In this document: positions 9,354 to 18,233 of the stretch, piece after piece
Numbering within the stretch: position 1 is the stretch's first letter
How the letters are laid out: each line of letters begins with the position of its first letter
Program-made: the position numbers and the translations under genes
The notes under the pieces: model-generated
What the model saw: the letters and a program-made list of their open reading frames with translations, nothing else
Told to the model about the DNA's origin: nothing
The model's database searches: none
Assembly: GCA_965217585.1 (NCBI GenBank)
Contig: OZ244561.1
Span: 5,632,001-5,696,000, forward strand
Origin: Candidatus Latescibacterota bacterium
Lineage (GTDB): Bacteria; Latescibacterota; UBA2968; UBA8231
DNA: 64,000 nt
Direction of reading: 5' to 3'

Positions 9354-10130
9354 ATGCTCGCCCTCGAACCTGTTGCACCGGCGGCCATTGACCGCGCCGC
9401 CGCCCTCTTTCACCGCGATGGTTTTGCCGTTGTCACCGACGCGCTGACTGACGAACAATTTGCCTATCTCACGGAAGGTGCACACCGCGTCGTTGCCGAG
9501 CAGACCGCCGCCATCCCGCTGGAGCAAGCCAACCGGGGCTTTGCGCGCTATTCCTTTGGCTCGCAGATCCACCATCCCGAATGGGCCATGCTCGCGGACT
9601 TGCCGACCATTTTGCCCATCGTCGAAGCCATTTTTGCCAGCGATCAGTTTATGTGCAGCGGTGCCGGCGGCGATTATTCTCTGCCCGGCGCAAAAATCCA
9701 GCACCTGCACCGCGACATGTCCGACGTGATTGGCGACCCCGAGCAGCGCGTCACCATCCTGGACCTGCCCACACCCTTTGTCGTCGTCAACTTTCCCATG
9801 ATTGATTTTAGCGCGGAAAATGGGGCCACGCGCTTCATCCGTGGCACCCACCGCTCGCGTCAGCCCATCCCCAGCCTCGAAGACGAACCCGCCTCGATGC
9901 AGCACTCTATCGCCTGTGCGCCGGCCCGCTCGGCCCTCATCCGGGACGTGCGCTGCTGGCACGGCGGCACGGCCAATACCTCTGAGGACGTGCGCATTAT
10001 GACGAGTGTCGGCTATTACGCGCCCTGGTTTCGCCGTCCCCAGCGAGATGGGGAAATGCCCCGTGCTCTGTACGACGCCCTTTCCGAACGTGGTAAGACG
10101 CTGTGCCGTTATATTGTCGCGTTGGACTGA
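9354..10130 (+). CDS. Phytanoyl-CoA dioxygenase (PhyH) family Fe(II)/2OG oxygenase
   Basis: 'DGFAVV.DAL', HxD (LHRD), 'ENGATRFIRGTH', distal 'WHGG.AN'. Confidence 0.9.
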   Translation: MLALEPVAPAAIDRAAALFHRDGFAVVTDALTDEQFAYLTEGAHRVVAEQTAAIPLEQANRGFARYSFGSQIHHPEWAMLADLPTILPIVEAIFASDQFMCSGAGGDYSLPGAKIQHLHRDMSDVIGDPEQRVTILDLPTPFVVVNFPMIDFSAENGATRFIRGTHRSRQPIPSLEDEPASMQHSIACAPARSALIRDVRCWHGGTANTSEDVRIMTSVGYYAPWFRRPQRDGEMPRALYDALSERGKTLCRYIVALD

Positions 10131-10206
10131 GTTCTATAGAAGCACTTTTACGTCTAGCCGGCGAATGACGCAGTGCTGCTGGAAATAAGTCAGAGAGAGG
10201 GCTACT

Positions 10207-13200
10207 TCACGCCGCGTTTTCGTAATACGGCGACGGCACTGTTGGATAGGTGCGGAACACGTGCCGAAATACGTCGTCCGTCTTGGTTCCAACTTCGGCT
10301 TCCGAGTAATCGTCTGAAGGTAAGCCGGTGTTATCTCTCCAGAGGAAATCGTAGATCGCAACACGGACGGCATCCCGAGTCGCTTGCTTGTCGCGCCACT
10401 GACTTACGCGCAGCTTCTCGGCCTTCAGCGTTTTTAGCAGTTCGACAGCCACTTGCTTGATCCGCTCGCGCTCCGGTGCGCTCCGGTTCGGTTTCTGCAA
10501 CAGATCGAAGATCGCCAGCGATTCTTCGTCCAAGCCCTCGCGGGCCGCCCGACTTTCCTCCTGATCCAGATCCTGAACCAAGTCGAGCAACTCCTCAAAG
10601 GTCTGTTCAATGGTCGGCCGATCCTTCTCGCGGTTGTAGGCCGCGACGATTTCTTCGTAGCGCTGCTGAAAATCCGTGCGCAGCGGGTTCCGCTCCAGCA
10701 TGCGCTGGAGTTTCTTTTCTACCGTATCCTTGAGCCCCTGCACGCCGGTGCGCCGACGGTCACTCCGCCTGAACTCCTGCTTGAGCCGCTCGAAGTCAAT
10801 GCGGCTGATGTCGTAGAGAGGTCGATCAACCGCCGTGTCCGACTGCACCGCGACCGCTTCACTCGCCACCTCGCTTAACGTGCGAAGGATGTCGCTGATG
10901 TCGGCCTGTTCCCGATCCCGCTGCAGGCTCTTATAAATGATGTCAATGGCGTCTCGGTCCGTGCGGTGGTCGTTGACGCCGGGGGCATTGATGCACGCCT
11001 TGAACTTCCTGAACACCTCGCGGCACATCACCTCAAAGCGCTGGCGGGTCTCGTCGTTCTCGTTGGCGACCTCCTTGCAGGAGACAATGGCGGCGTTGCG
11101 CTCAAAGCCGATTTTGCCGATGACATCGTCGAGCGGCGCACCGCCCTTAACGAGAAAATCGCGCACCAGCGCAATCGCCTCGGCCAAGTCGGCAAGTAGG
11201 TCCTCTTCTGGCTTAGCGGGGTCGATTGCGGGGCCTTCACCGCCCGGTTCCGCGCCAGCAAATGTCGCCAGTGCTTGGCGCAGATGCTTGAGGATGCCGC
11301 AGTAATCCACGATTAGCCCGTTGTTTTTGCCCTCGTTCACTCGGTTGGCGCGGGCAATGGCCTGCATCAACGTGTGTGCCTTGAGCGGCTTGTCGAGGTA
11401 GAGCGTGGATAGGCAGGGCACGTCAAAGCCGGTCAGCCACATGGCGCAGACAATGGCAATGCGGAACGGGTGCTCTGGCTCCTTGAAGGCATCGTCCAAG
11501 TCCATCCGCTGCTTGTTGCGGAACGAGGGCTTGTCGCGCATGGACGCGGGCAGTTCCATGCCTTCCTTGATGAGCCGGCGGTGCGGTATAATGTCCAAGT
11601 CCCACTTGCCAAACTTCTCCACCTCGCCCTGTTCCTCGCTCACCACAACGGCCATGCGCGTCTCGCGCATCCACGCGATCTGCTTTTCGGTCTGTTCGTC
11701 CTTCGTCTGCGCAAGCCCTGCTTCTAGCTCATTGGCGTGCTCGTTCCAATAGAACTCAATCAGCCGATGCATCCGCACGCAGGTGATCTTGTCGATGCAG
11801 ACCAGCATGGCTTTGCCGGTCTCCCAAGCAGTCGAATAATGCCGCACGAAGTCCCGCGCGATCTGATCGAGCCGCTTGTCAGCGATGATGACGTGGTAGT
11901 CGCGAGCCAGTGCCCGCTCCAAACGCTGCTGCACGTCGATATCGTCGATTTCAAATTCCTCCAACTTCGCGGCGATGCGCTCGTTCAGGTCGCCGACGGC
12001 CACGTTCAGTTTGTCGCCGCGGGCGTCGTAGTAGAGCGGCACAGTGGCCTCGTCTTCTACGGCGCGCTGGAAGTCGTAGGTGGAGACGTACTCGCCAAAG
12101 ACCCGCCGCGTGAGTTCGTCGTCCTTGAACAGCGGCGTGCCGGTGAAGCCGATATAGCTGGCGTTGGGCAGAGCGTTGCGCATGTTGATCGCTAGCGTGC
12201 CGTACTGCGTGCGATGCGCTTCGTCGGTGATGACGATGACGTCGTCGCGCTGGGTGTACGCTGTGCTGGGGTTCGCGTTGAACTTCTGGATCAGCGAAAA
12301 GACGTATGCCTTGTGCTCGGCCAAGAGCCGACTCAGGTGTCGTCCATCGGACGCCCGGCAGGGGTCGCGGTCGTGGTTCACTACGTCGCAGCCGGCGAAG
12401 GTCTTGTAGATTTGGCTGTCGAGGTCGTCGCGGTCGGTCAGCACCAGAAAAGTAAAATTGCCGCCTAGCTTGCGGTGCACCTTGCGGGTGAACATCACCA
12501 TGGAGTAGCTCTTGCCCGCGCCCTGCGTGTGCCAGAAGACGCCGAGTTTGCCATCCCGCGTTTTGCGCTCGCGCACGGCCTCGACGGCGCGGTTCACGCC
12601 CAAAAATTGATGGTTGCGGGCGAGGATTTTCCTCGTCGCGCCGGACGACTCATCGAAGAGGATGAAGTTCTCCACGAGATCCAGAAAGTTGCGCTTGTCG
12701 CAGACGCCCTTGAGTAGCGTCTCCATATCCACGACGCCCGGTTCCTCTTCCGCTAGCCGCTTCCACTCGTGGAAATGCTCCCATTGGCTGGTGATGGAGC
12801 CGATCTTCGCCTGCTCGCCGTTGCCGAACATCACTATTGCGTTGTGGTGGAAGAGATGGGGGATGGTGGTCTTGTAATCCGAGAAGTTTTGCTCGAAAGC
12901 GGCCTTGAGATTGCGGTGGATGTTCTTGCACTCGATGAACAGCAAGGGCAGGCCGTTGACAAAGCCCACGATGTCGGCTCGCCGGCGGTAGAGGTCGCCG
13001 CGCACCCACAGCTCACGCACGCAGAGGAAATGGTTGTTCTCTGGCGTCTCGAAGTCAAAGACCTTCAGCCGCTGCCGCTGCCGCTCCCGCTCGCCTTTGT
13101 CGTTGCGGAAGGCAACCGTGACACCGTCGCGCAGCAGGTCGTACTGTTCGCGGTTGGCGGCGACGAGGGTCTGCGAAGCGGCGGTGGCGGTAATCTGCTG

Positions 13201-13431
13201 CACGGCGTCGTCATAAGCGGCGTCCGGCAGGCTCGGATTTAACGAGCGCAGCGCGGCGTACAGATAGCGCGTCAGCACTACCTCGCGGTCGGAGGCGCGG
13301 CCCAGCAGGCTGTTCGGGCCGAAGTCCTCGGCGTTATGGGCGTAGATGGATTCCCAGCCGAGTTGGTGCTCTAAGTAATCGGCAGTGGTCTGCTGGACGA
13401 GGGTGTCTTCGGTGTAGGGCGCGGGGTTCAT
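10207..13431 (-). CDS. hsdR: Type I restriction endonuclease subunit R
   Basis: Nuclease 'RADIVGFVNGLPLLFIECK', Walker A 'HTQGAGKS', 'DEAHR', 'FTGTP', 'MWLTGFD', 'QAIARANR'. Confidence 0.97.
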   Translation of the reverse strand: MNPAPYTEDTLVQQTTADYLEHQLGWESIYAHNAEDFGPNSLLGRASDREVVLTRYLYAALRSLNPSLPDAAYDDAVQQITATAASQTLVAANREQYDLLRDGVTVAFRNDKGERERQRQRLKVFDFETPENNHFLCVRELWVRGDLYRRRADIVGFVNGLPLLFIECKNIHRNLKAAFEQNFSDYKTTIPHLFHHNAIVMFGNGEQAKIGSITSQWEHFHEWKRLAEEEPGVVDMETLLKGVCDKRNFLDLVENFILFDESSGATRKILARNHQFLGVNRAVEAVRERKTRDGKLGVFWHTQGAGKSYSMVMFTRKVHRKLGGNFTFLVLTDRDDLDSQIYKTFAGCDVVNHDRDPCRASDGRHLSRLLAEHKAYVFSLIQKFNANPSTAYTQRDDVIVITDEAHRTQYGTLAINMRNALPNASYIGFTGTPLFKDDELTRRVFGEYVSTYDFQRAVEDEATVPLYYDARGDKLNVAVGDLNERIAAKLEEFEIDDIDVQQRLERALARDYHVIIADKRLDQIARDFVRHYSTAWETGKAMLVCIDKITCVRMHRLIEFYWNEHANELEAGLAQTKDEQTEKQIAWMRETRMAVVVSEEQGEVEKFGKWDLDIIPHRRLIKEGMELPASMRDKPSFRNKQRMDLDDAFKEPEHPFRIAIVCAMWLTGFDVPCLSTLYLDKPLKAHTLMQAIARANRVNEGKNNGLIVDYCGILKHLRQALATFAGAEPGGEGPAIDPAKPEEDLLADLAEAIALVRDFLVKGGAPLDDVIGKIGFERNAAIVSCKEVANENDETRQRFEVMCREVFRKFKACINAPGVNDHRTDRDAIDIIYKSLQRDREQADISDILRTLSEVASEAVAVQSDTAVDRPLYDISRIDFERLKQEFRRSDRRRTGVQGLKDTVEKKLQRMLERNPLRTDFQQRYEEIVAAYNREKDRPTIEQTFEELLDLVQDLDQEESRAAREGLDEESLAIFDLLQKPNRSAPERERIKQVAVELLKTLKAEKLRVSQWRDKQATRDAVRVAIYDFLWRDNTGLPSDDYSEAEVGTKTDDVFRHVFRTYPTVPSPYYENAA

Positions 13432-14852
13432 TCGGTCTTCGTCAAGTGCTCTCGCAACGCTTGGCCCTTGTCTGTCAGCCGATACTGCTGCTTGCTGCTT
13501 CTGGGTTTGTCGGGGATGGTCATTTCTACCAACTCTGCTTCAATGGCCGGACGCAGATAAAGAAGACGGAAGTTCTTTTCTGCTTTGAGTCCAAGAGCCT
13601 TCTGCAAGGAATTGCGGTCCATTGCTCCGCTCATAACCTGAAGAAGTCCCATAACTTCGGGTGTGACTTCGGGTGTGACTTCGGGTGTGACTTCGGGTGT
13701 GCCTTGGTGCCGACTTGGTCTCAACTTGGTCTCAACTTCTGCGGTCGGCCTGAAAAAAGTCGTCGTCACCCAGTGCTCGGACACGTCAATCACTGGCTCC
13801 GCCACCTCGTGCTCTCGGCAAAGCTGGCGAATGCGCCGGATGCCGGAACCGATTTGCTCCACCACGTCCATGCGGTACAACATGCCGAACAGCAGCGGAT
13901 TGCGCGGGATGCTCTTAGTGCCCAGATCCGCTTCCTCCATCCCTGCGGGCAACCCGCCCGGACTGACGATTTCGATTCGGTCCTTAAAGATGTAAATCTG
14001 GACGTTCGCGGTCGAGCGGTAATCGCGGTGGGCAACGGCATTCGCCACCGCTTCCCGCAGGGCCTCTTCGGGCAACTCCGGCCGTTCCTGCCGCCTCACG
14101 TGCTTGATGATGTACTCGACATTGATTTTGGTGAGAATCCAAGCGACTACTTCGTCTATCATCGTCGGAATGTCGCTGTGGAAGTCCCGCCGATCGAGAA
14201 TCCTCACCTTCTCGATTCCCATGAACAGGGCACAAGACACGTGGGCACTGGTTGTGAACCTCCGAATGTCTCGTGCCAGAAGCCATGCTCCGGCATGGGT
14301 CATACGATCTTGTACATCGACTAGGCCGAGGTTTCGGAGGGCCACGAGCCGATCCATCGCCTCTGGGATTTTGGCGCGTTCACTAAACCGCGCCCAAGTC
14401 TCGTCATCAAGATCATTTTCCATGGCGAAAACCTCACAGGGCTTCTTGTCGAAATGAAGGCGTCCAACCGCGTAGAACAGGTTTTCCACTTCTGCATTCG
14501 ACATTTGCTGACTGCTCGCCCCGTCGCGTATGAAGAATCGTCCGCCGAATGAGTAGGGCTTGCGTTCCTGCGGCGGCACGACCACGGACAAGACCTCACC
14601 GACGCTCTCGACTTCCACCGAGATCGGCGGGTCTGCCGACCGTGCGGTGCTTTGCACCCTCGACTTCAGCCGATTGTGGTCGTCCACACCGACGATCTCT
14701 CCGGCATCTGAGACGCCGAGCAGGATTACTCCGCCGGTGGCGTTGGCGAAAGCGCATATCTCCCGCCCGAGGGCGGAGGGCATGGCCCGCTTGAACTCGG
14801 TGGTGAAGCCTTCGCCGAGGGCGATGAGGTCGGTGAGGGATTGGGGGTTCAT
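13428..14852 (-). CDS. AlbA_2 (Schlafen-like) + HATPase_c_4 + C-terminal HTH protein
   Basis: 'GEGFTTEFK', 'ICAFANATGG.ILLGV.D', 'LREAVANAVAHRDY', 'PRNPLL', 'EQIGSGI', 'PDKPRSSKQQYRLT'. Confidence 0.88.
   Translation of the reverse strand: MNPQSLTDLIALGEGFTTEFKRAMPSALGREICAFANATGGVILLGVSDAGEIVGVDDHNRLKSRVQSTARSADPPISVEVESVGEVLSVVVPPQERKPYSFGGRFFIRDGASSQQMSNAEVENLFYAVGRLHFDKKPCEVFAMENDLDDETWARFSERAKIPEAMDRLVALRNLGLVDVQDRMTHAGAWLLARDIRRFTTSAHVSCALFMGIEKVRILDRRDFHSDIPTMIDEVVAWILTKINVEYIIKHVRRQERPELPEEALREAVANAVAHRDYRSTANVQIYIFKDRIEIVSPGGLPAGMEEADLGTKSIPRNPLLFGMLYRMDVVEQIGSGIRRIRQLCREHEVAEPVIDVSEHWVTTTFFRPTAEVETKLRPSRHQGTPEVTPEVTPEVTPEVMGLLQVMSGAMDRNSLQKALGLKAEKNFRLLYLRPAIEAELVEMTIPDKPRSSKQQYRLTDKGQALREHLTKTE
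13654..13701. repeat. 12-bp in-frame tandem repeat x4 (TPEV linker)
   Basis: acttcgggtgtg, four perfect copies. Confidence 0.95.
14744..14852 (-). repeat. Direct-repeat copy A (5' end of the AlbA_2 gene); copy B at 15544-15652
   Basis: Ungapped similarity over ~109 bp at an offset of exactly 800 bp. Confidence 0.9.
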
Positions 14853-14853
14853 A

Positions 14854-15255
14854 TCAGCGGACCCAGTTTTCCAGCATGAGCCCCGGAACTTTTTCAAACT
14901 CTTTTACATTATTGCTCACCAAAACCAGCCCGTACGCACGCGCCTGACCCGCGATCATCATATCGTAGGAGCCTATCGGAGCACCAACGCGATACAGTTC
15001 TGCACGGATTCGACCAAAATGGCTGGCTGCAACTTGGTCAAACGGCATGATCTCAAGCCTGGTGCCCAGCGATTCAATATCCGCCAGATTGCGCTCGGGC
15101 TGGGCGGAGCGTTCAACGCCATAGACAAGTTCGCCCCAAGTTACGGAAGAAATCGCCATCTGACCTTGCGACCGATTGAATTTTTGCCGCAGCGATTGGG
15201 GGCGGGTCTTGATGGCATAAATCACCACATTGGTATCTAGCAGATACCTGAGCAT
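14854..15255 (-). CDS. vapC: VapC PIN-domain toxin
   Basis: 'MLRYLLDTNVVIY', 'GELVYG', 'YDMMIAGQA', 'VSNNVKEFEKVPGL..ENW'. Confidence 0.95.
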   Translation of the reverse strand: MLRYLLDTNVVIYAIKTRPQSLRQKFNRSQGQMAISSVTWGELVYGVERSAQPERNLADIESLGTRLEIMPFDQVAASHFGRIRAELYRVGAPIGSYDMMIAGQARAYGLVLVSNNVKEFEKVPGLMLENWVR

Positions 15256-15491
15256 CACAGTTTTTCTCGCCGTGCATCGGCCGGCTGTTCCCGTACCGAC
15301 ATAAAATCATCCGAAACACCGGGTCCGTTGAACCACTCATCCCAACTCTCGCCAGCAGGTGTGATAACGCGCTTTGACCCTATCGCGACGATATCGACCT
15401 CGCGCACTGATTCCGGCAGTTCAACGGCCTTGGGCAGCCGCACCGCTTGGCTCTTGTTGCTCATAAAAACTTTCGTGTGTGCCGTTGCCAT
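15255..15491 (-). CDS. vapB: VapB antitoxin (AbrB/SpoVT fold)
   Basis: 'TKVFMSNKSQAVRLPKAV', 'SWDEWF', 'DDFM..REQP'; TGATG coupling to vapC. Confidence 0.95.
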   Translation of the reverse strand: MATAHTKVFMSNKSQAVRLPKAVELPESVREVDIVAIGSKRVITPAGESWDEWFNGPGVSDDFMSVREQPADARREKL

Positions 15492-15518
15492 GCTATGACC
15501 TCACTTCAATTTAATTTG

Positions 15519-15540
15519 GATATACAATAAGCATATACAA
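15519..15540 (-). promoter_or_regulatory. Probable vapBC promoter/operator with two TTGTATAT copies
   Basis: Minus strand TTGTATATgctta TTGTATATc upstream of vapB in an AT-rich spacer. Confidence 0.45.
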
Positions 15541-15543
15541 AAG

Positions 15544-15652
15544 TGGCGAAGGCGCAAATCTCCCACCCGAGGTCGGAGCGCATGGCCTGTTTGAACTCGG
15601 TGGTGAAGCCTTAGCTGAGGGCGAGGAGGGCGGAGAGGGCTTGGGGATTCAT
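15544..15652 (-). pseudogene. Degenerate duplicate of the AlbA_2 gene 5' end with an in-frame stop
   Basis: Translates MNPQALSALLALS*GFTTEFKQAMRSDLGWEICAFA versus MNPQSLTDLIALGEGFTTEFKRAMPSALGREICAFA; ATG overlaps the hsdS stop. Confidence 0.9.
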
Positions 15653-16776
15653 ATTGTTATTTCGCCGTTCATCAGGCGCGGGAGAAGTAGGTCGCGGGCT
15701 CTTTCGAGCTTGGCATTTTGCCGGCGCAAGGTATCGATTTGCTGGTGGAAAGGGCCGACCGTGTTCTCGAAAAGGCAATGATACGACGATGATGGCGTCA
15801 AAATCAGACGGCTGTGAGCAAAATCACGGTTCAATCCGGGGACTGCAACGTCTGTGCTAATGAATGGTACAGTCCGCAGTGCATAGTACAGACGCAAAGA
15901 ACAGTTCTCGCTCTGAACGTAATACACTGTATCTATCGGAAAGCAGTCTTTCGACGACCAGTAAATGCTGCCAACGTTACCTTTGCGCCCAACGATGATC
16001 GTTGGGCCGTTGACCATAGCCCTATTGTGAGTTCCTACAATGCCGCTTGATCCATAGACAGGAACACTACCGGGAAGTCTATCATCTTTCTTGAGAGATC
16101 TCCCGTAATTCAGCGGCGCAACCTCACCCAGCGGCTTCCTCTCCCATCCCTCCGGCACGCCGTCCTTGATCTTGACGTGCTCATGGCCAGGGAAACGGAG
16201 GTGAACAAACCACTCCTTGTAGAGCAGCCGCGCCGCCTGCTCCAGCAAGCGAATTCGCCGCCGATTATTCTCGATCAGGTCGTCGTAGGCGGAGAGTACG
16301 GAGGCGATGCGGATCTGTACAGATTTTTTGGGAATCGGTAGCGTAAAGGACGAAAGCACTCTTGCGTTCGCGTTTGGTTGGGCCGCACCTCCTACACGAG
16401 AAAGAACAAATTTTTTGTATGTATCTGATTCGACAATCCGGCCAACATAGCCAGGGTCTGCTTTATCACGGTCAACGCGAATTCTTACAAGATATGACGC
16501 AAACACAGATGTCTCATTGCTCCGAATCAGCTTGGCATATCCTACTGTTGCTCCAGTGCGAGCTATAACAATGTCACCAGGTACAAGAGAAAATTTGTTG
16601 AGATTTACTTCATTGATCTCACAATAAGGGACTTTATCCCAGTCGATCTGAGGAGGCACTATGTCGGTGATACGCAGAAATTTTGGTCCGACTTCTGTGT
16701 CGGATGCCGAGGCTGTGTATCCGTATTGGACTGACTCAGAAATTTCTGCAAGGGACATCAGGGGCGCGTTTTTCAT
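15649..16776 (-). CDS. hsdS: Type I R-M specificity subunit (two TRDs)
   Basis: Conserved spacer 'Q.RIASVLSAYDDLIENNRRRIRLLEQAARLLYKEWF', 'VPEGW', C-terminal 'RDLLLPRLMNGE'; the TRDs are more AT-rich. Confidence 0.95.
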   Translation of the reverse strand: MKNAPLMSLAEISESVQYGYTASASDTEVGPKFLRITDIVPPQIDWDKVPYCEINEVNLNKFSLVPGDIVIARTGATVGYAKLIRSNETSVFASYLVRIRVDRDKADPGYVGRIVESDTYKKFVLSRVGGAAQPNANARVLSSFTLPIPKKSVQIRIASVLSAYDDLIENNRRRIRLLEQAARLLYKEWFVHLRFPGHEHVKIKDGVPEGWERKPLGEVAPLNYGRSLKKDDRLPGSVPVYGSSGIVGTHNRAMVNGPTIIVGRKGNVGSIYWSSKDCFPIDTVYYVQSENCSLRLYYALRTVPFISTDVAVPGLNRDFAHSRLILTPSSSYHCLFENTVGPFHQQIDTLRRQNAKLERARDLLLPRLMNGEITI

Positions 16777-16820
16777 AGCATCAACCCCTATAATTCAAAA
16801 ACAACACGAGCATATCCATT

Positions 16821-17015
16821 TCACAATCCCTCGTACATCGTCGGATCCGGCTCGATCTCCACCACTTCACCATCGAGCATCACGATAACGCCAGTCCCGG
16901 TCTGATGCGCGATCAGATGAGCACGTCTAGCAGCCCGGTATAACGCACTGGCGACAGCCTGCATATCTGGATCGTCAAGTTTAGAGACGGGAATTGGTTG
17001 CTTTGGCTCTTTCAT
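16821..17015 (-). CDS. Small protein, probable partner/antitoxin of a zeta-toxin-family kinase
   Basis: 'ALYRAARRAHLIAHQTGTGVIVMLDGEVVEI' resembles the small genes found downstream of zeta-toxin AAA kinases; ATGA overlap with the remnant. Confidence 0.55.
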   Translation of the reverse strand: MKEPKQPIPVSKLDDPDMQAVASALYRAARRAHLIAHQTGTGVIVMLDGEVVEIEPDPTMYEGL

Positions 17016-17115
17016 GGAATGACCTCCGGTGGAACATGGTGGCCGCCTTGCCTTACGCGCAATTCAACCCGCTTGATCGCTTCTTCCGGCGTTGCCAGCG
17101 ACAAAAATCGTTCAT
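17012..17115 (-). pseudogene. Internal fragment of a zeta-toxin family P-loop kinase
   Basis: 'FLSLATPEEAIKRVELRVRQGGHHVPPEVI' matches the RV..RV.QGGH.(I/V)P motif; no P-loop; the ATG at 17115 is out of frame with the motif. Confidence 0.7.
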
Positions 17116-18233
17116 TCCCCTTTCTCCCACCCCGACAACTCAGCCTCAATCTCTTCAACAGTAGGCAAACTACCTTTGAGGTCATCCGGCAACGAATCAA
17201 CCAGCGTGGTCTCCCACTCCGCGACGCCCATCGGTTTCTCAAAACCGCGCAGGGCATATTCGACCACCGTCCGATCCTTGCCCTTGCACAGCAGCAGCCC
17301 AATGGTCGGCGCGTCGTCCGGGTGGCGCATGAGATCATCCACGGCAGACAAATACAGGTTCATCTGGCCGACAAAGGCGGGATCGAACGGCACGGCCTTG
17401 AGTTCCACGACGACAAAGCGACGAAGTTTGAGGTGGTAAAATAGCAAATCCGCGTAGAAATCCCGGTCGCCGACTTCCAAGAGCACCTGCCGACCAACGA
17501 AGGCGAACCCCGACCCCATTTCCAGCAAGAAACGCTGTATATGATCCACGAGAGCCCGTTCCAACTCCCGTTCCGCCCTCGGTGCCGCCGTACCGAGAAA
17601 ATCGAACAGATACGGGTCCTTGAACACTTGGGTCGCCATGTCGGAATCGGCCGGTGGCAGCGTCCGAGGGAAGTTGGTGACGGCCCTGCCCTCGCGCTCG
17701 TGTAGCTTGGTCTCGATTTGTGTCATTAGAACGCTTCGGCTCCAGCCCTCTTCGCGGGCCTTTTTGGCGTACCATAGGCGGGTCCGATGATCGGACACCT
17801 TGTCGAGAAGGACGCAATTGTGGAACCACGGAATTTGGGCAGCAACCTGCTGCACAATTTCGCGGTCTGGCCAAACGGAGGCGAAAGTACGCATGTACCT
17901 GAGGTTGCGCGGAGAGAAACCCCGCAGGTCCGGGAACGCCTCCCGCAGGTCGTGCGAAAGCCGGTCGATAGTTTTGGCCCCCCAGCCTTCCTGCTCTTGG
18001 CGACCGAGGATCGCTTTGCCGATATCCCAGTACAGCAACACCATCGCCTCGTTAGCAGCCGATACCACGCGCAACCGCTCCGAGCAGATGCGTTCCTTGA
18101 TCTGCCCGAGCAGGACAGTATAGTCGGCGGGCAACTCGCCCTTTCCCGCGGGCGCGGGAAACGACGCACCCTTTCGCTGTCGGCCAATGGACTTCCGGCC
18201 AGAATTCTCGGCACCAGATCGGTTCTTCGTCAT
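17112..18233 (-). CDS. yhcG: DUF1016/YhcG family PD-(D/E)xK nuclease-domain protein
   Basis: 'LYWDIG..I', 'GFSPRNLRYMR', 'FKDPYLFDFL', 'FAFVGRQ', 'DLLFYH..L..FVVVELK', 'GQMNLYL'. Confidence 0.93.
   Translation of the reverse strand: MTKNRSGAENSGRKSIGRQRKGASFPAPAGKGELPADYTVLLGQIKERICSERLRVVSAANEAMVLLYWDIGKAILGRQEQEGWGAKTIDRLSHDLREAFPDLRGFSPRNLRYMRTFASVWPDREIVQQVAAQIPWFHNCVLLDKVSDHRTRLWYAKKAREEGWSRSVLMTQIETKLHEREGRAVTNFPRTLPPADSDMATQVFKDPYLFDFLGTAAPRAERELERALVDHIQRFLLEMGSGFAFVGRQVLLEVGDRDFYADLLFYHLKLRRFVVVELKAVPFDPAFVGQMNLYLSAVDDLMRHPDDAPTIGLLLCKGKDRTVVEYALRGFEKPMGVAEWETTLVDSLPDDLKGSLPTVEEIEAELSGWEKGE

Noticed and set aside
13069-13092. Short hexamer repeat in hsdR (ERERQRQR) as a phase-variation switch
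   Set aside because: In-frame 6-nt units and few copies, so no on/off effect is expected
13428-14852. RecG helicase (common auto-annotation of this family)
   Set aside because: No SF2 helicase motifs; the domains are AlbA_2, HATPase_c_4 and HTH
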